DNA of 64,000 bases from Eledone cirrhosa (taxonomy: Eukaryota). Both the position numbers and the translations under genes were made by a program. Positions 29,301-42,011 of this stretch are shown here, piece by piece. The stretch is from assembly GCA_964016885.1 (NCBI GenBank), contig OZ024741.1:413230001-413294000 (forward strand), written 5' to 3'. The first letter of the stretch is position 1. Every line of letters begins with the position of its first letter. The notes under the pieces were generated by a model. The model searched no databases and was not told the origin of the DNA. It was given only the letters and a program-made list of their open reading frames with translations.

Positions 29301-32300
29301 GTGTTTAGTAATGGTGTGATGGTGGTGGTGGTGGTGTTTGGTAATGTTGTGATGGTGGTGGTGGTGGTGTTTAGTAATGTTGTGATGTTGGTGGTGGTGT
29401 TTAGTAATGTTGTGATGGTGGTGGTGGTGGTGTTTGGTATTGTTGTGATGGTGGTGGTGGTGGTGTTTCTGTAATGTTGTGATGGTGGTGTTGGTGCTGT
29501 TTAGTAATGTTGTGTTGGTGGTGATGGTGGTGTTTGGTAATGTTGTGATGGTGGTGGTGTTTAGTAATGTTGTGTTGGTGGTGGTGGTGGTGTTTGGTAA
29601 TTTTGTGATGGTGGTGAGGTGGTGCTATTTAGTAATGTTGTGATGGTGGTGGTGGTGGTGTTTAGTAATGTTGTGATGGTGGTGTTTAGTAATGTTGTGA
29701 TGGTGGTGGTGGTGGTGTTTGGTAATTTTGTGATGGTGGTGAGGTGGTGCTATTTAGTAATGTTGTGATGGTGGTGGTGGTGGTGTTTAGTAATGTTGTG
29801 ATGGTGGTGGTGGTGGTGTTTGGTAATGTTGTGATGGTGGTGGTGGTGGTGTTTAGTAATGTTGTGATTGTGGTGGTGGTGGTGTTCGGTAATGTTGTGA
29901 TGGTGGTGGTGGTGTTTAGTAATGTTGTGATGGTGGTGGTGGTGTTTAGTAACGTTGTGATGGTGGTGGTGGTGTTTGGTAATGTTGTGATGGTGGTGGT
30001 GGTGCTGTTTAGTAATGTTGTGTTGGTGGTGGTGGTGGTGTTTGGTAATGTTGTGATGGTGGTGGTGGTGGTGTTTGGTAATGTGGTGATGGTGGTGGTG
30101 GTGTTTGGTAATGTTGTGATGGTGGTGGTGGTGGTGTTTAGTAATGTTGTGTTGGTGGTGGTGTTTGGTAACGTTGTGATGTTGGTGCTGGTGGTGTTTA
30201 ATAATGTTGTGATGGTGGTGGTGGTGTTTGGTAACGTTGTGATGGTGGTGGTGGTGTTGTTTAGTAATGTTTTGATGGTGGTGGTGGTGGTGATTAGTAA
30301 TGTTGTGATTGTGGTGGACGCGTTGTTTGGTTATGTTGTGATGGTGGTGGTGGTGGTGTTTAGTAATGTTGTGATGGTGGTGGTGGTGGTGTTTAGTAAT
30401 GTTGTGTTGGTAGTGGTGTTTGGTAATGTTGTGATGTTGGTGGTGGTGGTGTTTAATAATGTTGTGATGGTGGTGGTGGTGGTGTTTGGTAATGTTGTGA
30501 TGGTGGTGGTGGTTTTGTTTAGTAATGTTTTGATGGTGGTGGTGATTAGTAATGTTGTGATGGTGGTGGTGGTGGTGTTTGGTAATGTCGTGATGGTGGT
30601 GGTGGTGTTTAGTAATGTTGTGATGGTGGTGGTGGTGGTGTTTAGTAATGTTGTGATGGTGGTGGTGGTGGTGTTTAGTAATGTTGTGATGGTGGTGGTG
30701 GTGGTGTTTAGTAATGTTGTGTTGGTGGTGGTGGTGGTGTTTAGTAATGTTGTGATGGTGGTGGTGGTGGTGTTTAGTAATGTTGTGTTGGTAGTGGTGG
30801 TGGTGTTTAGTAATGTTGTGATGGTGGTGGTGGTGGTGTTTAGTAATGTTGTGTTGGTGGTGGTGGTGGTGTTTAGTAATGTTGTGATGGTGGTAGTGCT
30901 GTTTAGTAATGTTGTGTTGGTGGTGGTGGTGGTGTTTAGTAATGTTGTGATGGTGGTGGTGGTGGTGTTTAGTAATGTGGTGGTGGTGTTTAGTAATGTT
31001 GTGATGGTGGCGGTGTTTAGTAATGTTGTGATGGTGGTGGTGGTGGTGTTTAGTAATGTTGTGATGGTGGTGGTGTTTAGTAATGTTGTGTTGGTGGTGG
31101 TGGTGTTTAGTAATGTGGTGGTGGTGTTTAGTAATGTTGTGATGGTGGCGGTGTTTAGTAATGTTGTGATGGTGGTGGTGGTGGTGTTTAGTAATGTTGT
31201 GATGGTGGTGGTGTTTAGTAATGTTGTGTTGGTGGTGGTGGTGTTTAGTAATGTTGTGTTGGTGGTGGTGGTGGTGTTTGGTAATGTTGTGATGGTGGTG
31301 GAGGTGGTGCTATTTAGTAATGTTGTGATGGTGGTGGTGGTGGTGTTTAGTAATGTTGTGATGGTGGTGGTGGTGGTGTTTGGTAATGTTGTGATGGTGG
31401 TGGTGGTGGTGTTTGTTAATTTTGTGATGGTGGTGGTGGTGGTGTTTGGTAATGTTGTGATGGTGGTGGTGGTGCTGTTTAGTAATGTTGTGTTGGTGGT
31501 GGTGGTGGTGTTTGGTAATGTTCTGATGGTGGTGGTGGTGGTGTTTAGTAATGTTGTGATGGTGGTGGTGGTGGTGTTTGGTAATGTTGTGATGGTGGTG
31601 GTGGTGTTTAGTAATGTTGTGATGGTGGTGGTGGTGTTTAGTAATGTTGTGATGGTGGTGGTAGTGTTTAGTAATGTTGTGATGGTGGTGGTGGTGGTGT
31701 TTGGTAATGTTGTGATGGTGGTGGTGGTGCTGTTTAGTAATGTTGTGTTGATGCTGGTGGTGGTGTTTGGTAATGTGGTGATGGTGGTGGTGGTGTTTAG
31801 TAATGTTGTGATTGTGGTAGTGGCATTGTTTGGTTATGTTATGATGGTGTTGGTGTTGGTGTTTATTAATGTTGTGATGGTGGTGGAGCTGGTGGTGTTT
31901 AGTAATGTTGTGATGGTGGTGGTGGTGGTGTTTAGTAATGTTGTGTTGCTGCTGGTGTTTGGTAATGTTGTGATGGTGGTGGTGGTGGTGTTTAGTAATG
32001 TTGTGATGGTGATGGTGTTGTTGTTTAGTAATGTTTTGATGGTGGTGGTGGTGGTGATTAGTAATGTTGTGATGGTGGTGGTGGTGGTGTTTGGTAATGT
32101 TGTGATGGTGGTGGTGCTGGTGTTTAGTAATGTTGTGATGGTGGTGGTGGTGGTGTTTAGTAATGTTGTGATGGTGGTGGTGGTGGTGGTGTTTGGTAAT
32201 GTTGTGATGGTGGTGGTAGTGGTGTTTAGTAATGTTGTGTTGGTGGTGGTGGTGGTGTTTAGTAATGTTGTGGTGGTGGTGGTGGTGGTGTTTAGTAATG

Positions 32301-35300
32301 TTGTGTTGGTGGTGGTGTTTAGTAATGTTGTGATGGTGGTGGTGGTGGTATTTAGTAATGTGATGGTGGTGGTGGTGTTTAGTAATGTTGTGATGGTGGT
32401 GGTGTTTTGTAATGTTGTGATGGTGGTGTTTAGTAATGTTGTGTTGGTGGTGGTGGTGTTTAGTAATGTTGTGATGGTGGTCGTGGTGGTGTTTAGTAAT
32501 GTTGTGATGGTGGTGGTGTTTAGTAATATTGTGATGGTGGTGGTGTTTTGTAATGTTGTGATGGTGGTGGTGGTGTTTAGTAATGTTGTGATGGTGGTGG
32601 TGTTTAGTAATGTTGCGATGGTGGTGGTGTTTAGTAATGTTGTGATTGTGGTGGTGGTGGTGTTCGGTAATGTTGTGATGGTGGTGGTGGTGTTTAGTAA
32701 TGTTGTGATGGTGGTGGTGGTGTTTAGTAACGTTGTGATGCTGGTGGTGGTGTTTGGTAATGTTGTGATGGTGGTGGTGGTGCTGTTTATTAATGTTGTG
32801 ATGGTGGTGGTGGTGGTGTTTGGTAATGTGGTGATGGTGGTGGTGGTGTTTGGTAATGTTGTGATGGTGGTGGTGGTGGTGTTTAGTAATGTTGTGTTGG
32901 TGGTGGTGTTTGGTAACGTTGTGATGTTGGTGCTGGTGGTGTTTAATAATGTTGTGATGGTGGTGGTGGTGTTTGGTAATGTTGTGATGGTGGTGGTGGT
33001 GTTGTTTAGTAATGTTTTGATGGTGGTGGTGGTGTTGATTAGTAATGTTGTGATTGTGGTGGACGCGTTGTTTGGTTATGTTGTGATGGTGGTGGTGGTG
33101 GTGTTTAGTAATGTTGTGATAGTGGTGGTGGTGGTGTTTAGTAATGTTGTGTTGGTAGTGGTGTTTGGTAATGTTGTGATGTTGGTGGTGGTGGTGTTTA
33201 ATAATGTTGTGATGGTGGTGGTGGTGGTGTTTGGTAATGTTGTGATGGTGGTGGTGGTTTTGTTTAGTAATGTTTTGATGGTGGTGGTGATTAGTAATGT
33301 TGTGATGGTGGTGGTGGTGGTGTTTGGTAATGTCGTGATGGTGGTGGTGGTGTTTAGTAATGTTGTGATGGTGGTGGTGGTGGTGTTTAGTAATGTTGTG
33401 ATGGTGGTTGTGGTGGTGTTTAGTAATGTTGTGATGGTGGTGGTGGTGGTGTTTAGTAATGTTGTGTTGGTGGTGGTGGTGGTGTTTAGTAATGTTGTGA
33501 TGGTGGTGGTGGTGGTGTTTAGTAATGTTGTGTTGGTGGTGGTGTTTAGTAATGTTGTGATGGTGGTGGTGTTTAGTAATGTTGTGATGGTGGAGGTGTT
33601 TGGTAATGTTGTGATGTTTACCGTGGTGGTGTTTAGTAATGTTGTGATGGTGATGGTGGTGGTATTTAGTAATGTGATGGTGGTGGTGGTGTTTAGTAAT
33701 GTTGTGATGGTGGTGGTGTTTTGTAATGTTGTGATGGTGGTGTTTAGTAATGTTGTGTTGGTGGTGGTGGTGTTTAGTAATGTTGTGATGGTGGTCGTGG
33801 TGGTGTTTAGTAATGTTGTGATGGTGGTGGTGTTTAGTAATATTGTGATGGTGGTGGTGTTTTGTAATGTTGTGATGGTGGTGGTGGTGTTTAGTAATGT
33901 TGTGATGGTGGTGGTGTTTAGTAATGTTGTGATGGTGGTGGTGTTTAGTAATGTTGTGATGGTGGTTGTGTTTAGTAATATCGTGTTGGTGGTGGTGGTG
34001 GTTAGTAATGTTGTGTTGGTGGTGGTGGTGTTTAGTAATGTTGTGATGGTGGTGGTGTTTAGTAATGTTGTGATGGTGGTGGTGGTGTTGTTTAGTAATG
34101 TTGTGATGGTGGTCGTGGTGGTGTTTAGTAATGTGATGGTGGTGGTGGTGTTTAGTAATGTTGTGATGGTGGTGGTGGTGTTTAGTAATGTTGTGATGGT
34201 GGTGGTGGTGGTGTTTAGTAATGTTGTGATGGTGGTGGTGGTGTTTAGTAATGTTGTGTTGGTGGTGGTGGTGGTGGCGTTTGGTAATGTCGTGATGGTG
34301 GTGGTGTTTGGTAATGTTGTGATGGTGGTGGTGGTGCTGTTTAGTAATGTTGTGTTGGTGGTGGTGGTGTTTGGTAATGTTGTGATGGTGGTGGTGTTTA
34401 GTAATGTTGTGTTGGTGGTGGTGGTGGTGTTTGGTAATGTTGTTATGGTGGTGGAGGTGGTGCTATTTAGTAATGTTGTGACAGTGGTAGTGATGGTGTT
34501 TAGTAATGTTGTGATGGTGGTGGTGTTTGGTAATGTTGTGATGGTGGTGGTGGTGGTGTTTGGTAATGTTGTGATGGTTGTGGTGGTGGTGTTTGGTAAT
34601 GTTGTGATGGTGGTGGTGGTGCTGTTTAGTAATGTTGTGTTGGTGGTGGTGGTGGTGTTTGGTAATGTTGTGATGTTGGTGGTGTTTAGTAATGTTGTGA
34701 TGGTGGTGGTGGTGGTGTTTGGTAATGTTGTGATGGTGGTGGTGGTGTTTAGTAATGTTGTGATGGTGGTGGTGGTGTTTAGTAATGTTGTGATGGTGGT
34801 GGTGGTGGTGTTTGGTAATGTTGTGTTGGTGGTGGTGTTTGGTAATGTTGTGATTGTGGTGGTGGTGGTGTTTGGTAATGTGGTGATGGTGGTGGTGGTG
34901 TTTAGTAATGTTGTGATTGTGGTGGTGGTGTTGTTTGGTTATGTTGTGATGGTGGTGGTGTTTAGTAATGTTGTGATGGTGGTGGTGGTGGTGTTTAGTA
35001 ATGTTGTGATGGTGGTGGTGGTGGTGTTTAGTAATGTTGTGTTGGTGGTGGTGTTTAGTAATGTTGTGATGGTGGTGGTGGTGGTGGTGTTTAGTAATGG
35101 TGTTGATGATTGTGGTGGTGGTGGTGTTTGGTAATGTTGTGATGGTGGTGGTGGTGGTGTTTAGTAATGTTGTGATGGTGGTAGTGGTGTCTAGTAATGT
35201 TGTGATGGTGGTGGTGGTTAGTAATGTTGTGGTGGTGGTGGTGTTTGGTAATGTTGTGATGGTGGTGGTGGTGTTGTTTAGTAATGTTTTGATGGTGGTG

Positions 35301-35748
35301 GTGGTGGTGTTTAGTAATGTTGTGATGGTGGTGGTGGTGGTGTTTGGTAATGTTGTGATGGTGGTGGAGGTGGTGCTATTTAGTAATGTTGTGATGGTGG
35401 TGGTGGTGGTGTTTAGTAATGTTGTGATGGTGGTGGTGGTGGTGTTTGGTAATGTTGTGATGGTGGTGGTGGTGGTGTTTAGTAATGTTGTGATGGTGGT
35501 GGTGGTGGTGGTGTTTGGTAATGTTGTGTTGGTGGTGGTGGTGGTGTTTAGTAATGTTGTGATGGTGGTGGTGGTGGTGTTTGGTAATGTTGTGATGGTG
35601 GTGGTGGTGGTGTTTAGTAATGTTGTGATGGTGGTGGTGGTGGTGTTTAGTAATGTTGTGATGGTGGTGGTGGTGGTGGTGGTGTTTGGTAATGTTGTGA
35701 TGGTGTTGGTGGTGTTTAGTAATGTTGTGATGGTGGTGGTGGTGTTTG
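5395..35748. repeat. ~30-kb minisatellite, unit TTT(A/G)GTAATGTTGTG(A/T)TG(GTG)n, with higher-order repeats
   Basis: Unit visible throughout; length varies mostly in 3-nt GTG steps; kb-scale blocks recur (7577-8443 and 9477-10343 give identical translations). Confidence 0.98.
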
Positions 35749-35945
35749 GACAGAATGGGTGGGGATTGATGGTGTGTTTGTTCACCTGTATATCTGACCT
35801 AGTGTGTTGCATGATATTCCGGAGTGAGAGAGGGAGAGAGAGAGGTAGAGGGAGAGAGAGATGCTGCAGTTGTGTGACATACAATAGATGAGATGTGAAG
35901 ATTTTCATGGTGGCTGCATCAAATATATGAGAGTGACTAACTATT

Positions 35946-36285
35946 GTGGTGGTGGTGGTGGTGGTTTTGGTGGTGGTGGTGGTGGTCTTGGTGGTGGTGG
36001 TGGTGGTGGTGGTGGTGGTGGTGGTGGTGGTGGTGGTGGTGTTGGTGGTGGTGGTGGTGGTGGTCTTGGTGGTGGTGTTGATGGTTGTGGTGGTGGTGGT
36101 GGTGGTGGTGGTGGTGGTGGTGGTGGTGGTGGTGGTGGCAGTGGTGTTGGTGGTGGTGGTGGTGGTGGTGCCGGTGGTGGTGGTGGTGGTCTTGGTGGTG
36201 GTGGTCTTGGTGGTGGTGGTGGTGGTGGTGGTGGTGGTGGTGGTGGTGGCGGCGGCAGTGGTGGTATTGTTGTTGTTGTTTTTGT
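35946..36285. repeat. (GGT)n microsatellite
   Basis: Directly visible. Confidence 0.95.
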
Positions 36286-36529
36286 TATTCACCTGTAAAG
36301 TGCTGCGAGATAGTCAGAGTGGTGTAAAGAGAGAGAGAGAGAGAGATGATGCTTGAATGATGAGAGATGAGAGATGAGAAGATTTGATGGCACCATTAGA
36401 CATGTCTAATATCTGGAACTAACCAAAATTCTCTTTGATATTTTCATCTATTTATTTATATATTTCTTATTTAATTTAAAAAAAAAATATTTCATGTTCA
36501 ATTTCCAAAAAGAAACAAAGGATTATTTC

Positions 36530-36672
36530 AGCTCCTTCCAGTGTTGTTGTTGTTGTTGTTGTAACTCCCTCCACTGTTGTTGTTGTAACTCCCTCAGTGT
36601 TGTTGTTGTTACAACTCCCTCCAGTGTTGTTGTTACAACTCCCTCCAGTGCTGTTGTTACAACCCCCTCCAC
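36530..36672. repeat. Short tandem repeat AACTCCCTCCAGTGTTGTTGTT-like, ~5 copies
   Basis: Directly visible, degenerate. Confidence 0.8.
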
Positions 36673-36749
36673 TGACACCAATACCAACACTGCTAACATA
36701 TATTTAGGTTATCTTCTTTAAGCCACACACTGGATATTGATCTGTTTGC

Positions 36750-37310
36750 TTCATATTCTTTCACTGGTTTCACTCACTGGACTATGGCCATGCTGGGGTA
36801 CTACAACCTTCAACGGATTTTTAGTCAGATTGAATCAACGTCAATACATTGTTTTCTTTTTTTTTTCAAGTCTGGTTCGGCTACTTATTTTTATCAATCT
36901 CTGTTTGTTGAATCGCTAAGTTAGAGGACATAAAAAGGTCACAACATAAACAGACCTTATACCAGTTCACTACTTATTTTTATCAATCTCTGTTTGTTGA
37001 ACGGCTAAGTTATAGGACATAAAGGGATGCAACGTAAACAGAACTTATTTCAGCCATGGTAATGGTACTTATTTTATCGATCTCTCTTTGTCAAACAGCT
37101 AAGTTATGCCACATAAATGATACACAATATAACATACACAGAACATAAACCAAACTACCAAATATTGTGCCATACGCCCCTCGGAAGACATTGGTCAACC
37201 CAAGGCTGTAGTAGAAAATATTTTCCCAAATTACTGCACAGTGGAATCAAATGACAATCAACTTCAGGGATCATGGGGTCATGAAGTGAACCTCTTAACC
37301 ACATACCTGC
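36750..37310 (-). mobile_element. Degenerate SINE (octopus OR-like) with internal triplication
   Basis: GGCCATGCTGG...TACTTATTTTTATCAATCTCT...GCTAAGTTA and GGCTGTAGTAGAA...CCCAA resemble a cephalopod SINE I recall; the TACTTATT...GCTAAGTTA block occurs at ~36882, ~36971, ~37066. Confidence 0.6.
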
Positions 37311-38128
37311 ATTTGCACTTATTCCTTAAAAACCTCAACAGGTTTTTGTATTTTCCAAATTTTTCAAGGGTCTACTTTATTTCTGTCCCTCTTCATTCAA
37401 ACGTGGATTGTTAAAACTAATTATATTTCATGGATAAACTGTTCAATGGTTCTGGATTATTACAAACTCACTGATTCAGGATTAATACATAACAAACTTA
37501 TTAATACTTATTAATACATGATTATTGGATTTTATCTGGACTTCATCTGTGTGATTTAAGGATTTCTTCACTAACTCCAAACTAATTCATTTATTTTACT
37601 TCCTTTCACATCACTTTACAAGTTCTGTAACCCTTTTAATAAAAACCCCAGCAAAAACTGGATCTGGTTCTAGGAAACAAATTCACCCATTTTAAAGGGT
37701 TTTATTTAAATTATAAACATCCAATATAATAATATATAAGGACCATATATTAAGTTAATATTTTAGTAATTAAATAATTAATAATTTAAGTAAATGACTA
37801 AAAGTTCTTCGTTAATTTAAATAGATGGTATTTTATTGGAAATACAATAATCAAAGGGTTTATCAATAATTAAAAAAGCTCATGTTTCATATTTCATTGT
37901 GTACCCAAACATTAATTTGCACCTTGTTACACCAACAATAAGAAACGGTTTAAGGCTTATATTCTCTATTAAGGTAGGGGTTAGCCTTGTACAGGGCACA
38001 TAATAGATTCATTCACATAATAGGATCCTTTTTAAGGCAGTGTTCTATAATTGCAGGGATACAGTATCCCTGTTCTAAACAAGCCTTTTTGGTTCCCTCT
38101 TATGAAATACAATCACATGGTTACAGTT

Positions 38129-39637
38129 TACCTATTGTAAACCAGATATACCCAGGGATACAGTGTACCTATTGTAAACCAGATATACACAGGGATACAG
38201 TGTACCTATTGTAAACCAGATATACACAGGGATACAGTGTACCTATTGTAAACCAGATATACACAGGGATACAATGTACCTATTGTAAACCAGATTTACA
38301 CAGGGATACAGTGTACCTGTTGTAAACTAGATATACATAGGGATAAAGTGTACCTATTGTAAACCAGATATACCCAGGGATACAGTGTACCTATTGCAAA
38401 CCAGATACATGGGGATACAGTGTACCTATTGTAAACCAGATTTACACAGGGATACAGTGTACCTATTGTAAACTAGATATACACAGGGATACAGTGTACC
38501 TATTGTAAACCAGATACACAGGGATACAGTGTACCTATTGTAAACTAGATATACCCAGGGATACAGTGTACCTATTGTAAACCAGATATACCCAGGGATA
38601 CAGTGTACCTATTGTAAACCAGATATACCCAGGGATACAGTGTACCTATTGTAAACCAGATATACACAGGGATACAGTGTACCTATTGTAAACCTGATAT
38701 ACACAGGGATACAGTGTACCTAGTGTAAACCAGATACACACAGGGATACAGTGTACCTATTGTAAACCAGATATACCACAGGGATACAGTGTACCTATTG
38801 TAAACCAGATATACCCAGGGATATAGTGTACCTATTGTAAACCAGATATACACAGGGATACAGTGTACCTATTGTAAGCCAGATGTACACAGGGATACAG
38901 TGTACCTATTGTATACCAGATATACATAGGGATACAGTGTACCTATTGTAAACCAGATATACCCAGGGATACAGTGTACCTATTGTAAACCAGATATACA
39001 CAGGGATACAGTGTACCTATTGTAAACCAGATATACACAGGGATACAGTGTACCTATTGTAAACCAGATATACCCAGGGATACAGTGTACCTATTGTAAA
39101 CCAGATATACCCAGGGATACAGTGTGCCTATTGTAAACCAGATATACCCAGGGATACAGTGTACCTATTGTAAACCAGATATACCCAGGGATACAGTGTA
39201 CCTATTGTAAACCAGATAAACACAGGGATACAGTGTACCTATTGTAAACCAGATATACCCAGGGATAAAGTGTACCTATTGTAAACCAGATATACACAGG
39301 GATACAGTGTACCTATTGTAAACCAGATATACACAGGGATAAAGTGTACCTATTGTAAACCAGATATATCAGGGATACAGTGTACCTATTGTAAACCAGA
39401 TATACACAGGGATACAGTGTGCCTATTGTAAACTAGATATATACAGGGGTACTGTGTACTTATTGTAAACCAGATATACACAGGGATACAGTGTACCTAT
39501 TGTAAACCAGATATACACAGGGATACAGTGTACCTATTGTAAGCCAGATATACACAGGGATACAGTGTACCTATTGTAAACCAGATATACACAGGGATAC
39601 AGTGTACCTATTGTAAACCAGATATACACAGGGATAC
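38129..39637. repeat. 37-bp minisatellite GGGATACAGTGTACCTATTGTAAACCAGATATACACA, ~41 copies
   Basis: Period 37 (GGG at 38155 and 38192); highly homogeneous. Confidence 0.98.
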
Positions 39638-39867
39638 ACACAATTTATACAATAAATATGATTTACAAAACTGACAGATCAAGAAAAATGTGTTAGAGAA
39701 AAAACCAGGAGGGAAGACAGACATTCTGTTCCACAGCACAACAGGAAATGTTGGTGTTTTGAGGCAAGCCAAAGTATTTCAAGCATTATCATGGGTGAAA
39801 TAGCCAAATACCATCACCAGCAAAACCTGATACATCAGTAAGAATATGTGACAGCGTGGCTAAAACA

Positions 39868-40036
39868 CTGGAATAGCCAAGCACCACCTAAGATTTCAGT
39901 AAGATAGTGTGATGGTGAGACTAAGACAATAGAATAGCCAAGCACCCTCACAAGCACCACCTAAGATTTCAGTAAGGCTGTATGATGGTGGGACTAAGAC
40001 ATGGAACAGCCAAGCACCACCTGAGATTTCAGTAAG
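39868..40036. repeat. Degenerate direct repeats of AGCCAAGCACCACCTAAGATTTCAGTAAG
   Basis: Three near copies plus a partial. Confidence 0.8.
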
Positions 40037-40182
40037 ACCAGGTTTTAGCAAGACTAAGGTTCTAAAATAGCCAAATGCCCTCACAACTAGAACCTAATAA
40101 TTTCTTAAGATGAACAAACCTGATTGCCAGCAGCCCTGCTCCCCTCCAAGCATCTTAACTGCTACAAGCTGAAAAATAGAAA

Positions 40183-40230
40183 CATCATCATCGTTTAACA
40201 TCCATTTTCCACGTTAGCATGGGTAGGACA
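40183..40230 (-). mobile_element. RTE LINE 3'-terminal remnant (further copies at ~40358-40403 and ~41215-41260)
   Basis: CATCATCATCGTTTAAC.TCC...CCA.G.T.GCATGGG is the reverse of the tail ending the RTE at 44788-46083. Confidence 0.75.
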
Positions 40231-40498
40231 GGCTGTCCCTTTGTGAGATATCAGAACAGGGGGCTATATTTCACTCACATGTTTTTACTATTCAGGATAA
40301 TCAAAATCCATTTATAAATCTATAATTTCGTCCTATGTGAACCACAGAAACATATTTCATCATCATCATCGTTTAACGTCCATCTTCCACGCTTGCATGG
40401 GTTTGTATGTATATATATATATATATCTTTCGTTAAACTTTACCTCTGATTTGGTTATTTATAATTTGTATAGGAATATATATATATAACTAATACAT

Positions 40499-40542
<44 letters not shown>

Positions 40543-41047
40543 TTATACATATATCTGAATACATGTTTATGAGAATGTATACCCATTATACACATTACTC
40601 CAATATTGATTTGCATCCGTATATTTACATTTATTTGGCTTGATTGATATGTAATTATAGACTGGTTATCTTATATAGACTACAAACAATTTACAATAAT
40701 CAGACCCTGTCTAATAACTCTCCTATCATACATAGTTTTCTATCAAACTATGTATATATTATATATTATATATATATATACATGCATACACTTGTGTATA
40801 GGTTTGAGTGATTAGAAAATAAAAAATTAAAAAGCCAGGTGTATGATGCATGAAAAGCTGGCTACTTAGGACAAGTGTACCTGTGAGTTGATAGCAGTGG
40901 TGATTAATTTGATGTAAGTTCAACATGCCAACCATTTCCTCAGGTAAGCCCAAATATTTCTTACTTTTGCAGTCACTAACGATGGCTTAAAACAAAGCTT
41001 CAATTATCAATAATATTATCTAAAAAAAACAACCTTATTACTTGTTT

Positions 41048-41227
41048 ATCATCACCATCACCGTCATGATCATCATCACCATCACCACCATCACCACCAT
41101 CATCATCATCCTCATCACCATCATCACCATCATCACCACCATCATCATTACCATCACCATCATCATCACCATCATCGTCACCATCATCATCATCACCACC
41201 ACCATCATCATCATCATCACCATCATT
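41048..41227. repeat. (CAT/CAC)n microsatellite, probably an expanded RTE tail
   Basis: Abuts an RTE 3'-end motif at ~41230. Confidence 0.9.
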
Positions 41228-41689
41228 ATTTAATGTCTGCTTTTCATGCTGGCATGGGTTGTATGTGTTGTCACAGACCAAGTCATTATTTAGTTGGGAT
41301 TACTGTCCTACTATATAGGTCAGGGGTCATATTTTGCTTATATATCTGTATGTCTTTCATATTACCAATCACTTTACAGAGTGTACTGGGTGCATTTTAT
41401 TGTGATGCCAGCACTACCACTTTACTGAGTACACTGGGGGCATTTTATTGTGTCACCTGTAGTAATTCTTTACAGAGTGTACTGGGTGTATTTTATCATG
41501 TCACAAATTCTAGAGTCAAGGCCTTTCTATCCTAATTATATACAATGAAATTATTTGTTAATAACAGAAAAATGTTTATTTTCTCTCTGCTCTTAATATA
41601 TTTAATTCTATATTTGATTTGATTTCATTTCATTCCAATTACTGTTGTTAAAGTGCTGGATGAAATGTCTCTGTATTTCTTTCAGATCT

Positions 41690-41752
41690 TTGTATTTTCA
41701 GTTCAAATTCTGCTGAGGTCAGATTTGCTTTTCATCCTTTTGGGGTTGATAA
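41690..41752 (+). mobile_element. SINE fragment (OK-like)
   Basis: GTTCAAATTCTGCTGAGGTC...TTTCATCCTTTTGGGGTTGATAA matches the SINE at 46550. Confidence 0.65.
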
Positions 41753-41914
41753 CTAATGTACTAATCCATGGGTAGTGGGTTGGTAGAATTGTTAAAGAGT
41801 CAGACAACATGCTTTGCAGTCAGTATCTTTTTTGGCTCTGTACATTCTGAGTTAAAATTCCACCTCCTATCATAAAAAAACAGTAACTCTTCTGCCAGGA
41901 ATTGTGGCTTGGAG

Positions 41915-41975
41915 ACAGTATCAGTAATGGAAAGACCAATAGAAACATTGCAAGCGTGGAAGATGGACGTTAAAC

Positions 41976-42011
<36 letters not shown>

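Noticed and set aside
5672-35891. Very long Val-rich plus-strand ORFs (up to 1796 aa)
   Set aside because: Result of a unit whose length is a multiple of 3; implausible composition and repeated frameshifts
38129-39637. CRISPR-like 37-bp repeat
   Set aside because: Units are contiguous with no unique spacers; eukaryotic context; no cas genes
40921-40949. Plus-strand CAACATG...CAG|GTAAGC mini first exon
   Set aside because: Only 19 coding nt and no identifiable downstream exon
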